Of a stretch of 64,000 bases of DNA, positions 47,291 to 56,619 are shown piece after piece. The position numbers and the translations under genes were made by a program. The stretch is from a virus: IMG/VR virus record IMGVR_UViG_3300024264_002047, one strand, 5' to 3'. Each line of letters starts with the position of its first letter. The stretch's first letter is position 1. Below the pieces are notes generated by a model. The model was not told where the DNA came from. It did not search any database and was given only the letters and a program-made list of their open reading frames with translations.

Positions 47291-48513
47291 CCTTTAATAT
47301 ATTGATCTGAGAAGTTAGCAAGACTGAATCCCATACGATCCACGATCTTTAATGCGTTCTTACCATAATGGTCAATCGCAACAAATCCTTCTTGTCCTGT
47401 TACTTCAAATCCTTTTGTTGTTTTAAGAAGTGTTTTAATACCATCAACTTTATTTAACTTATCTATGATAACATATTTCATATCAACTAATAAATCGTAT
47501 AGAGTAAAGATGGCTTCTAACTTTGTCTTGTTCTTTGGATCGGCAAATATTTGTAATGTCGCAGTTGCCTTATCCATTTGTGTTTTCTTACCAGCAGGAG
47601 TCTTACGCTTATCTGCTTCTTTCTGATAATATTGTTGTATGTATCTTTGGAGATCAGCAACGAATGGTTTAACTGAACCGATACGCTGTCCTTCACGAAC
47701 CTTTGTATTAATAAATGTATTGATCTTTTGATTTAAATCTGCGTTTGTTCCGAGTTCGCCTAATATCTTTGCATCAATTGTTCTGAATAGTGAACCTGCT
47801 TTTGATAACATGGCTGTAAGAGAATCGGTCTCTGCCTTTGTCATTGTTGCTGTACCTGACTTATCTTCAAACGTTGCATCTACATGCCATACTGATTTAG
47901 TATTATTAAGTTTTGTTGAGATCGCCTGACCAAAACTTGCAGACATTGTCTCAAGAGTTGATCCTGAGTATGTTGTGTGCCAGACCACACCGATTTTGGA
48001 TCCTGATATTTTTTTACCAAGTCCTGATGTTTTAGGTACCGCGTAAACAATGGTATTAGGATGGAAAGTAACACACGGTTCTCCATCAATAGTTTCCGTT
48101 TTAAGATCATCATTCGTATATAAGAAATCACCTTGTACTACTCCTTCAATTCCAAGCTTGGCAAATTCTTTCAAAGCAACTTTAAATTTGCTATTGAGTT
48201 CACCGCTTAGATCATTATCTATTTCTGCATCAGTTTTATATAATTTTGGAGTTTTATTAAATACTCCTTTCTTTGCCACAAAGAACTTTCCATCGGCAGG
48301 ATCAGTCCCAGCAAAGATCGCAGGCGCGCCATCCCATTTAGTTGTAATACTAACAGGAGCTTTTGTATTACCCGATAACATATCTCGGATATTACGAATA
48401 TAATTAATTACGTTTCTTGTTCCTTTTACACCACCATCAATAACAGCATCTTCTAAATGCGTCATATGTAAATTGGCATCTGCCTCAGCAAGATATTGGT
48501 TATACGACTTCAT
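47278..48513 (-). CDS. DUF6267-like protein with ligase-type nucleotidyltransferase motifs and capsid-targeting-like N-terminus
   Basis: MKSYNQYLAE; TKWDG (I), VQGDF (III), EGFV (IV), LKIVDR (V). Confidence 0.65.
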   Translation of the reverse strand: MKSYNQYLAEADANLHMTHLEDAVIDGGVKGTRNVINYIRNIRDMLSGNTKAPVSITTKWDGAPAIFAGTDPADGKFFVAKKGVFNKTPKLYKTDAEIDNDLSGELNSKFKVALKEFAKLGIEGVVQGDFLYTNDDLKTETIDGEPCVTFHPNTIVYAVPKTSGLGKKISGSKIGVVWHTTYSGSTLETMSASFGQAISTKLNNTKSVWHVDATFEDKSGTATMTKAETDSLTAMLSKAGSLFRTIDAKILGELGTNADLNQKINTFINTKVREGQRIGSVKPFVADLQRYIQQYYQKEADKRKTPAGKKTQMDKATATLQIFADPKNKTKLEAIFTLYDLLVDMKYVIIDKLNKVDGIKTLLKTTKGFEVTGQEGFVAIDHYGKNALKIVDRMGFSLANFSDQYIKGWQK

Positions 48514-49373
48514 TTATTTTTCAACCTCAGGTAGCCTTTGTGTTTAAAATCCAATTCTACTTTCTTTTTAACAATTGCCGCTATATCGTTAATTGTCTTA
48601 ACATCTTTGCGTTGTACATCTTTCATTAACTTGTCTTTTACATCTTTAAGAATAATATCAATAATACCACTACGATCCATAGCAAGATCGGCTTCATTAA
48701 TATTTAAATGTTCTTCTGCGTAAGACTTAATCCATTTCTTTGCTTTAGGATTGGTGATATTAGATTTGGCAAATTTAGCTGCCCACTTATATCCTGCCAT
48801 AATTCCTTTATTACTATCAGCATCTTGAGAATTATCAATTACTTGGAAACTAGAACCAAACATACTTTGGAACGAGCCGATGTTCTTTTGTACTTCTTTC
48901 CATAAAGTAACAACCTGAGTACTTGGCAATGATCTTGGTCTTGCGTCATTACGAGCAATCGCAGTATCTAAATCTGTATTAACATAAATCATTCCAACGT
49001 CATAACCAAGCGATCTTAATTCTTTTATTTGACCTTGTATCTTTGTTACATTCTTACCTGTACCATCAATAACTAAACCGAGACGACCAGTAATATAACC
49101 TTGCATTTTAATAGCAGTGAGTTTCTTTGCCTTGTCTCTTATTTCCTGTCCTTGTGTTGAAAAGATAGTATCAGGATCCATTATTAGTTTAGCTTTGTTC
49201 ATTGCCAACTCAAACGCATCATCTGAATTCACTACTTTAAATCCTAGGGCAGGTAATCCTGTTCTACCAACAATAAACGATTTGCCTGAGCCAGGACCGC
49301 CTGCTAAAAAGATTGCTTTGAATATCGCAGGATCGTTTGGTCCTTCGTCAACAAATGTTTTATAACTCTTCAT
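48510..49373 (-). CDS. PNK/zeta-type P-loop kinase with capsid-targeting-like N-terminus
   Basis: MKSYKTFVDE; AGGPGSGKS, NSDD, VIDGT, ARNDARPR. Confidence 0.75.
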   Translation of the reverse strand: MKSYKTFVDEGPNDPAIFKAIFLAGGPGSGKSFIVGRTGLPALGFKVVNSDDAFELAMNKAKLIMDPDTIFSTQGQEIRDKAKKLTAIKMQGYITGRLGLVIDGTGKNVTKIQGQIKELRSLGYDVGMIYVNTDLDTAIARNDARPRSLPSTQVVTLWKEVQKNIGSFQSMFGSSFQVIDNSQDADSNKGIMAGYKWAAKFAKSNITNPKAKKWIKSYAEEHLNINEADLAMDRSGIIDIILKDVKDKLMKDVQRKDVKTINDIAAIVKKKVELDFKHKGYLRLKNK

Positions 49374-50797
49374 AAAGAAATACTTCCTGGTATACCTGTT
49401 GCTGATTTAACATCGACTCCTAAGAATTTCATTAGAGAGGCAAACATTTTCTTTCCCATCTTTGCGATCTTTTTAAATACAGCAGTTATTTTAGCAAGAA
49501 CTTTTGTAACAGCGCCTTTAACTTTATTTACAAACGCCTGACCTTTGTTCTTTGCCCAATCACCTGCTTTCTTTAACATATCAAGTGGTCCTTCTGAAAT
49601 AAAGTCTTCGGTTAACATTAAACCGTCGAGTTGTTCCATTTCAGATAATACAATACCTCTTAGTGTTTCTGATTCTTTAATACCTAAACGTAATGCTGAA
49701 TAGGCAGGAGCACCACCCCCACCAGATTTAAATGAAACGACAGGTTTAACTGTTTGCGCATATTTAACAATGATTGGATCTTTGATGCTGTTTATTGGTT
49801 GTACTTCAATATCACCGGTTAATGTAAACTTACCTAATAGATTAGCTGCGGCAGGAGAACCTGCACTACCAAACTTATGATTACCAGTTGCTGCCTCAAG
49901 TACAACATGTTTACTAAATAAAGCATTGACTGCTGTATCTTGATTGATAAGACCTTCGAGCATTTTAGTTAATTCTCTATTGCCTTTATCCTTTGCTTGG
50001 AAATCAATCACTGCGTCAGTCTTTACACCAGCCTTTGATTGTTTACGTAAATCACCAGCAGCAACTCTTGATACTAAGGAAGACATATTCGTTTCCATTG
50101 TTTCAACAAGTTTAGTTGCCATTGCTCTATCTTCTCCCATCTCAGACATTGCTGCCTTGACGATTGCGATAGCTTCTGATTTAGTTGGTGATGCAAGTTG
50201 AGATCCACCTGCTTTCTTTAATGAAATCTTTTCTCTAAAATCAGATGAAGCAATATCAGTCTTTGGTGTTTTATTCTTAGCACCTGATTCTTTCCATATA
50301 GGTCCTAAACTAATAGATCCCATACCTCGTCCAGTTTGTACTAATTGTTTTGCTTTTAATTGACCGTTGAAGTTACCTGCGATTTTATCAGCAACATCCA
50401 TATAGTTACCAAACTTTTCTGCTACGGCAATTGTTTCTGGATCTGTTGATTTACCATTGAGTTTATTATAAGCGTATACAATTACATCTTCCCATTCCGC
50501 ACCAGTAGGTGGAGAACCTGAAGCCTTCACATGAGTAAAGGAACTTGATTTGAAAGAAACGGATCCTTTGATATGAATCACTTTACCATTTGGAGCCTTT
50601 AGGTATTTTTCTGCAGGGCCGTCACCATAGGTATAGTCGGCTTTGGTTGCTGCTATAATCTCGAAGTGATCTCCTGGATTATAACCTAAAGCAGAAAGTT
50701 CTTTGAAGCCTTTTCCATTATAAGCAACTTTATGTCCTATAACGTAGTCAGGCTTTAGAAAACTAGCTTCTGCTAAAAAAGAATTGAAGCTCTTCAT
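49370..50797 (-). CDS. protein with capsid-targeting-like N-terminus and possible PD-(D/E)XK nuclease core
   Basis: MKSFNSFLAE; EWE...PKTDI...ISLKK. Confidence 0.5.
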   Translation of the reverse strand: MKSFNSFLAEASFLKPDYVIGHKVAYNGKGFKELSALGYNPGDHFEIIAATKADYTYGDGPAEKYLKAPNGKVIHIKGSVSFKSSSFTHVKASGSPPTGAEWEDVIVYAYNKLNGKSTDPETIAVAEKFGNYMDVADKIAGNFNGQLKAKQLVQTGRGMGSISLGPIWKESGAKNKTPKTDIASSDFREKISLKKAGGSQLASPTKSEAIAIVKAAMSEMGEDRAMATKLVETMETNMSSLVSRVAAGDLRKQSKAGVKTDAVIDFQAKDKGNRELTKMLEGLINQDTAVNALFSKHVVLEAATGNHKFGSAGSPAAANLLGKFTLTGDIEVQPINSIKDPIIVKYAQTVKPVVSFKSGGGGAPAYSALRLGIKESETLRGIVLSEMEQLDGLMLTEDFISEGPLDMLKKAGDWAKNKGQAFVNKVKGAVTKVLAKITAVFKKIAKMGKKMFASLMKFLGVDVKSATGIPGSISL

Positions 50798-50832
50798 GTT
50801 TACCCTATTAAAATTAGTATATATCTAGAGTT

Positions 50833-50840
50833 TATTTATA
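50833..50840 (-). promoter_or_regulatory. T4-type late promoter
   Basis: TATAAATA heading the 50797-46677 operon. Confidence 0.8.
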
Positions 50841-50847
50841 CAGATTC

Positions 50848-52302
50848 TTAAGTTAACGCGACATCTCCAAATACGTTTTTACCACCAGGCTTGCGTTTGT
50901 TCAATCTCATACCAATGTCAGTCTTATCAAAGACAGGACCGTTATCGTCATATGAGTTCTTTTTTCCTGGTTGGCCACCACCTCCGGATGGACCTTCAAG
51001 ATTGATGTTATCCTGAGCAGATTCTTCGAGTTCATAGATCTTCATCTTTGCTCGTTCAATACCTACAAGGAATCGACGATAGTAACTGATGTCTCCCCAA
51101 CGATTCTTCAACTGTTTAATCATCAACTGATTCATTTCATCAAGATATTCAGAACTAACCAAACCTAATATACAGTCAGCCGTATGAGTAATACCCATTG
51201 ACTCAGATGTATTTGTTAGATCAACGTCAGAGTTACCATACGCATCTCTGTTATATTGAGAAGAGGTAACGACAGCACAATTATATTCCATTGCCAATCC
51301 ACGTACTTCTTCTGCAATTGATTTGACCAAAGTATAACTGTTAGCAGCTGCAGCACCTTTTACTCGAGCAGATGAACAGATGTTCAAGTAATCGAGAAAG
51401 ATAACGTCAGGAGTAAAGTTCTTTTTGAGTTTGAGTTCGTTTAACAAATGACGGAAGTGACCGCTATGAGCAGATCCTGTTGGGAACTCCTTAATAACCA
51501 GTTTACCTGTTGTCTTTGTTTTATATCGAGCCATACGTTTCTCAAAAACATCACGAGGTACTTCGGCAACTTCGTCGAGAGTAATATCCATAATGTTTGC
51601 GTCAATACGACGACCGATTTCTTCAGCAGCCATTTCCATTGTAATATACAGAACATTCTTTCCATACATCAAATGATTTGCTGCCATATGACATTTAAGT
51701 AAAGATTTACCACCACCTGTCGTTGCCAACAGTACGGTCATAGATTTACGAGGTATGCCACCCTTTGTAATTTTGTTTAAGATTTCAATGTCAAACGGTG
51801 TACGTTCTTCAACTCTGTGATAATGTTCATAACGATCATCAACATCTTCAAGGAAGTCATGGCCAACAGATTGGTCAAAGTTGATACCTAATGAATCCGA
51901 GAGCAATCCTGGGATTGCCCCCTTATCCAATTGTTCGTTGTCTTGACCATCAAGAATCAGAATTGCTTTACGTATACTATTATATAGATCTTTGTCTTGA
52001 CAGAACTTTTCAGTTTCATCAATCAAAAATTCCATATTGGTATCAACGTCAATTGACATACTATCAACTAACTGGTGAACACCTTGATACGTATCTTCGT
52101 TCAGATCCTTGCGTTTATCAACAGCAATCTTTAAAGCTTCAAGTGAAGGCGGCTCCTTGTACTTTTCCATGTACTCGGAAGCCGTTTCAAATACTTTACG
52201 AAGTACGGTGTCATCGAAGTAATCTTCTTTTAAATATGGAAATACCTTACGGCAATAGTCCTCATTCAGTATCAGATTCGATAAGATCGTCTTCTCGAGC
52301 AT
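50848..52302 (-). CDS. replicative helicase (T4 gp41-like)
   Basis: ATTGGGKSL, YITMEM, FLDYLNI, SSQYNR, SESMG, KQLKNR. Confidence 0.96.
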   Translation of the reverse strand: MLEKTILSNLILNEDYCRKVFPYLKEDYFDDTVLRKVFETASEYMEKYKEPPSLEALKIAVDKRKDLNEDTYQGVHQLVDSMSIDVDTNMEFLIDETEKFCQDKDLYNSIRKAILILDGQDNEQLDKGAIPGLLSDSLGINFDQSVGHDFLEDVDDRYEHYHRVEERTPFDIEILNKITKGGIPRKSMTVLLATTGGGKSLLKCHMAANHLMYGKNVLYITMEMAAEEIGRRIDANIMDITLDEVAEVPRDVFEKRMARYKTKTTGKLVIKEFPTGSAHSGHFRHLLNELKLKKNFTPDVIFLDYLNICSSARVKGAAAANSYTLVKSIAEEVRGLAMEYNCAVVTSSQYNRDAYGNSDVDLTNTSESMGITHTADCILGLVSSEYLDEMNQLMIKQLKNRWGDISYYRRFLVGIERAKMKIYELEESAQDNINLEGPSGGGGQPGKKNSYDDNGPVFDKTDIGMRLNKRKPGGKNVFGDVALT

Positions 52303-53326
52303 TGTTTCCCTCCACATTTTGCAGCTTGTATTTACGTTCTACATATTTACCAAACGATTCGTTTTGACATAATTCTTTGAAGAAATCATCATCATCTTCA
52401 ATATCCTTACCTCTACGTTTCGGTTCAATAATTTCTCCAGTACTCAGATCAGTTAGATTATACCAACCTTGAGTAGCTTTTTGGATATGACCAGATTCAA
52501 TCGCAAGATCCATTAAGGAACTCCACTTTTGAATACCTGAATCATATAATACCTTAAATGGTAGCTTTGCTTTTTCTTTTACATATCTTGACTTTTCGAT
52601 ATTGATAGTAAACTTCCAACCTGCGAGGTCGGTACCATCTTTCTCTTGAGCCTTTGAAATAATAAAGATCTGATTCGCAGAATAGTAAATACCAGTACCA
52701 CCAGAAATAATATTCTTTGGAAACAATCCAATTTCTTTATATGTATGGTTGACTGCGATACAAGGAATATCCTTGGTCGTCAATCTTGGTGTTATAATTC
52801 TGAACAATGATTTAAGAGCTTTTGCTCTCGACATATCAGCAACTGACTTTTCGTTTAATGCATCCTCAACTTCTTTCTTCGAAGCAAGGTTACCGATTGA
52901 GTCAATCATTACCATTACATTGTCACCTTTAGCAACTTCATCTAAACGACCAACGATGTCAAACTTTAATTGTTCAACATCTTCAATCGGAATATGAAGT
53001 ACTCTACTGGTATCAATATCAAAAGATTCCAAATATTCTGGTGTAATACCATATTCAGAATCGTATAACAAAGCAATACCTTTTGGGTACTTTTTCAAAT
53101 AAGCCTTCATACAGTATAAGCCGAGTAAAGTTTTGAAACTTTTAGATTCTCCTGCTACAACTGTTAGACCTGGGATAAGACCACCTTTCAACGAACCACT
53201 GAATGCAATATTTACAATTGGTAGTTCTGTTTGAATAGGATCCTTATCTTTAAAGAAAGCGGAATCATTCAGAGCAGCTGCCTGCTTTACTGATCCTGCC
53301 TTCAACATTTTATCGAGTAAACTCAT
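52262..53326 (-). CDS. uvsX: RecA-like recombinase UvsX
   Basis: AGESKSFKT, YDSEYG, IDSIGNLAS, VNHTY, ISGG, KSRYVKEK. Confidence 0.95.
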   Translation of the reverse strand: MSLLDKMLKAGSVKQAAALNDSAFFKDKDPIQTELPIVNIAFSGSLKGGLIPGLTVVAGESKSFKTLLGLYCMKAYLKKYPKGIALLYDSEYGITPEYLESFDIDTSRVLHIPIEDVEQLKFDIVGRLDEVAKGDNVMVMIDSIGNLASKKEVEDALNEKSVADMSRAKALKSLFRIITPRLTTKDIPCIAVNHTYKEIGLFPKNIISGGTGIYYSANQIFIISKAQEKDGTDLAGWKFTINIEKSRYVKEKAKLPFKVLYDSGIQKWSSLMDLAIESGHIQKATQGWYNLTDLSTGEIIEPKRRGKDIEDDDDFFKELCQNESFGKYVERKYKLQNVEGNNAREDDLIESDTE

Positions 53327-53329
53327 ATT

Positions 53330-53614
53330 TTATTCTCCACTTAGAATTTGATGTAACTTATCGGCAAACGCATCAAGTTTCTCATATCGGTTTGGCCAAT
53401 ATATGTAATCCTTTTCTGGGTTTGCTTTTAAGTTATTCAATAGCGGTACAACCGCATCATATAATAATTGTGCCTTAGCTGCGCTCGATTCAGCAGAAGC
53501 TGCAGTTGTAGTAACTGCTTCCTTTGCTTGTTGAACGACTTCAAGCTCATCGGCGTCAACAGCTGTAAAACCAAAATCAAAATCGAGAATGGTTGTTTCT
53601 TTTTCAATAGACAT
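53330..53614 (-). CDS. conserved-type T4-like hypothetical protein
   Basis: DFDFGFTAVD...NPEKDYIYWPNR. Confidence 0.65.
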   Translation of the reverse strand: MSIEKETTILDFDFGFTAVDADELEVVQQAKEAVTTTAASAESSAAKAQLLYDAVVPLLNNLKANPEKDYIYWPNRYEKLDAFADKLHQILSGE

Positions 53615-53625
53615 AATGCCCTCCT

Positions 53626-53650
53626 AAAAAGTGGGGACCCGAAGATCCCC
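53626..53650 (-). terminator. intrinsic terminator
   Basis: GGGGATC-TTCG-GGTCCCC-AC-TTTTT after gp32. Confidence 0.85.
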
Positions 53651-53659
53651 GACAGTTGT

Positions 53660-54586
53660 TTAACTACGTGCCAATTCCTTAAAAATACTAAGGTCATCAT
53701 CATCATCACTAGCGGACGATCCTACTGATGGTTCGGCAGTTGCCATAACCGGTTCAGAAGTATCATTTGACATTCCGGATAAATCCAGTTCGTCAGCTGT
53801 TTCAACAACCGGTGCCGAAGCAGTCGGTTCATCATTTTGTAGATCAAGTACACGATACATTTTAGTTTTTAGTTCTGCGTAAGATTTGAAATTACTTTCA
53901 GATACTAATTCCTGTAGAGAATGTTGTTCTCCCCAAATTCTTTCCAATGCTTCATCATCTTCAGACAATGGAGACGCAGGATCGAATTCAGATTTATCGT
54001 AGTTCGGATAACCTTCGAACTGTCTGATCTTTAGACGAAAGTTTGCACCTTCCCATAGATCAAACGGATTGGTTGGTTCTTCATCTTCAAAAGTTGGATT
54101 CATTAAATCGTTCAACTTATCAAAGATCTTTTTACCGAACTGATACATGAATACTTTACCTTCATTCTCAGGATTAGCGCCATCTTTTACAACATAGATG
54201 TTAGCAGTATACTTCAGCCTACGCTTCTGTTTACGTGCTTGTTCTTTGTCGGATTCGACACCACTGTTCCAAAGCTTAGAGTTAAACTCAGAGATTGGAT
54301 CATCCTGGTTCAGAGTGGTTAGAGAGTTTTCGATATACCATAGACCTGTTGGTCCTTGGAATCCATGATCCCAAATTCTTACAAAGGGCATCTCTTCACC
54401 TTTCGAGGCTGGTAGGAATCGAATGACTGCGAAGCCATTTCCTGCCTTATCTCGTGTAGGTTTCCAGAATTTCCCTGCGTTGGGGTCTTGGTATGATTTT
54501 GAAGAAATCTTTTCGAGTTGTGAATTCAACTTGTCGAGAGTCTTCGTACGGTTCTTCTTGAGTGAAGAAAAGTCTGTTAGTGCCAT
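53660..54586 (-). CDS. single-stranded DNA-binding protein (T4 gp32-like)
   Basis: GNGFAVIRFLP, HGFQGP, WYIENS, GKKIFDK, GANFRLK, acidic tail. Confidence 0.96.
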   Translation of the reverse strand: MALTDFSSLKKNRTKTLDKLNSQLEKISSKSYQDPNAGKFWKPTRDKAGNGFAVIRFLPASKGEEMPFVRIWDHGFQGPTGLWYIENSLTTLNQDDPISEFNSKLWNSGVESDKEQARKQKRRLKYTANIYVVKDGANPENEGKVFMYQFGKKIFDKLNDLMNPTFEDEEPTNPFDLWEGANFRLKIRQFEGYPNYDKSEFDPASPLSEDDEALERIWGEQHSLQELVSESNFKSYAELKTKMYRVLDLQNDEPTASAPVVETADELDLSGMSNDTSEPVMATAEPSVGSSASDDDDDLSIFKELARS

Positions 54587-54626
54587 AATTAGTTCTCCTG
54601 TTATATAGCGTTATATTGCGTAGTAT

Positions 54627-55232
54627 TTAAATACCGAAATGATTCTTGATTAACTCTTGAAATCGTTTCGGTTCAAAATCGAGAAAGGGTTTATACTTTC
54701 GCGATTTGTTTATTATATCAAAAGATACGTGTTTGTCAACTACTTTTTCACTCCAGTACGAAAATATATTCGCTTGATGAGAAAGAATAGTAAATGTTTC
54801 CAAACTAATCTTCTTTTGTAACAACAATGTCATTACCAAAGGATGTTGTCCATCTATTGATATAAAGTTTCGCTTGTATTCATCATTAAGATGAGCAAGC
54901 TCGGATTTGAAGATATAACCTAATGATTCTATCCTCTTCCTCCAATTCGTGTATCTGGCTTCTCCTTCACTGTCAAGTAGATCTCGAACCCAGATGTTTT
55001 TATTTATTAAAAGATTACTCAAAATTAGACCTTGTGGGTCATCTTTTTTCGCCAATTTTGCGAACGAATAAGCGTCGTTCCTTGACATAAAGGTATCAAT
55101 ATTTGCTCGTACCTTTCCATTGTATTTGAAGTAATCGTAATTATCCGTCGTAAAATGTTTCTTTAGTGCCAAAAATTTAACATACGTGTTAAACGAATCA
55201 TCACTTACTAAAGTCTGTGATATCTTGTTCAT
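54627..55232 (-). CDS. helicase loader (T4 gp59-like)
   Basis: YVKFLALKKHFTTDNYDYFKYNGK; ISLETF. Confidence 0.9.
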   Translation of the reverse strand: MNKISQTLVSDDSFNTYVKFLALKKHFTTDNYDYFKYNGKVRANIDTFMSRNDAYSFAKLAKKDDPQGLILSNLLINKNIWVRDLLDSEGEARYTNWRKRIESLGYIFKSELAHLNDEYKRNFISIDGQHPLVMTLLLQKKISLETFTILSHQANIFSYWSEKVVDKHVSFDIINKSRKYKPFLDFEPKRFQELIKNHFGI

Positions 55233-55476
55233 CTTCTCTTTTCACCATTCTCAAGTCAACTGCTTCAGTCCGTATCTTTTCCTTCAATACAGAACTCTTC
55301 TTTACAATTTGTGCAATCGTTTCAATTTCAATTCCATTCTTATCAGCAAAATGGCATAGAGCATCGATGTACGGTACTCCTTTTGAAATATGTCTAGATA
55401 TTTCGTGGTGGATTCTATCGGGCGTTAAAGCTACAACGGACATATCAGTGTTTTCCTTGATTTCTTTTTTTGTCAT
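55201..55476 (-). CDS. late transcription coactivator (T4 gp33-like)
   Basis: YIDALCHFADKNGIEIETIAQIV...LKEKI..EA; canonical position before gp59-gp32. Confidence 0.8.
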   Translation of the reverse strand: MTKKEIKENTDMSVVALTPDRIHHEISRHISKGVPYIDALCHFADKNGIEIETIAQIVKKSSVLKEKIRTEAVDLRMVKREDEQDITDFSK

Positions 55477-55487
55477 GTATACCTTGT

Positions 55488-55516
55488 ATTATATACTAGT
55501 TAACTGCGTATGTCAA
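55488..55516 (-). promoter_or_regulatory. sigma70-type promoter (proximal)
   Basis: TTGACA-17-TATAAT. Confidence 0.85.
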
Positions 55517-55586
55517 TAGTTATTTTTGTTTTGTGTAAATAAATCCGCTCAACTCAAAGGTTTCCCTTTTATTGTTGAACAGATCT

Positions 55587-55615
55587 ATTATAACAAGTTT
55601 TTAGTCAGATGTCAA
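55587..55615 (-). promoter_or_regulatory. sigma70-type promoter (distal)
   Basis: TTGACA-17-TATAAT. Confidence 0.85.
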
Positions 55616-55623
55616 TCTATTTA

Positions 55624-55773
55624 TTAAGAATATGATGACATTACAATGATGAAGAACGGTAGGGCGATGGGGAATGTAATCAGCGACAGGGCTTTTGTGA
55701 TCTCACAAAATTTGCATACTTTTTCATTATCTTTTAATCTTTCGTAACCAGCAATCAATGCATAAGTGGTCAT
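55624..55773 (-). CDS. 49 aa CxxC membrane microprotein (not in ORF track)
   Basis: MTTYALIAGYERLKDNEKVCKFCEITKALSLITFPIALPFFIIVMSSYS; GAAGGAGAG RBS. Confidence 0.7.
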   Translation of the reverse strand: MTTYALIAGYERLKDNEKVCKFCEITKALSLITFPIALPFFIIVMSSYS

Positions 55774-55914
55774 TTCTCTCCTTCTTGGAATTATACGTAT
55801 AGTTTTAAATTATGTTACCACCGGTAACAGCAATTATATATACAAAGTTGAAGAGAAATTCACTATAAATTTATATTATATTTAGTAATAGATTATATTA
55901 CATTTCGTTATAGG

Positions 55915-56619
55915 TTACACTTCCCTAAAGAGCACGTTTTCTACGTATTGATTCTTGGTTTCCTCAGGTATTCCCATTGCCAAAATTGAACTATGCAGCA
56001 TTCGATTAAGCTTCTGCTTTGCACAATACTTATTTTGTCTTTCGAGAGTATTAATCCATTTCTTAGTGTATTGAGGATTGCCCATTTCCATTGTATAGAA
56101 CCTCGATAGTTCCAAAGCCATGTTAACGAGTTGCTCTGTTTCTTCGCCTGTACGAATTGCTCCTGCACCTATAATGTTTTCCGAAAAGATCTCTAACGCC
56201 CAATCTGGCATTTGTCTTTCTTTTGTCCATGTAAACTTTTCAGTTGTAGTTTTGAACTTAATCATATATGGATGCAGAAGAGTTTGGCCAACATCTATTG
56301 GAGAGTAATCGCAAAAGCAGCCGCTAATCTTTTTTGGATTCGCTACAATATCTAAACCAAAGATAGGTAGATCAACATGTTCTTGTGGGAATATATTGAT
56401 ATGCATTAACCATAATTTGTTTTTACCAACAGGCTCAATTGTTTTAAGATGAGCTTTACGAATTGTTGAAGACTCCCAAAAGTAATCTGACCACCCAGGC
56501 AAATCACCAGCATGAATATGTTTAGGATTCTCGACTCTTGTCATAGAGCCGTCAAATTCGTTAATTAATGTAGAAGCAAGTTTTCTTAATTGGTCGAACA
56601 GTTCTGAATCAACTATCAT
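55915..56619 (-). CDS. ferredoxin-dependent bilin reductase (PcyA/PcyX-like)
   Basis: RKAHL, MHINIFP, LPIFGLDIV, FCDYSP, MPDWA.EIFS, QNKYC..QK.N; start revised; coupled to heme oxygenase. Confidence 0.9.
   Translation of the reverse strand: MIVDSELFDQLRKLASTLINEFDGSMTRVENPKHIHAGDLPGWSDYFWESSTIRKAHLKTIEPVGKNKLWLMHINIFPQEHVDLPIFGLDIVANPKKISGCFCDYSPIDVGQTLLHPYMIKFKTTTEKFTWTKERQMPDWALEIFSENIIGAGAIRTGEETEQLVNMALELSRFYTMEMGNPQYTKKWINTLERQNKYCAKQKLNRMLHSSILAMGIPEETKNQYVENVLFREV

Noticed and set aside
27546-54586. Introns, inteins or homing endonucleases in nrdA, nrdB, thyX, helicase or uvsX
   Set aside because: All ORFs are continuous and of ordinary length; no splicing or HNH/GIY-YIG/LAGLIDADG motifs seen
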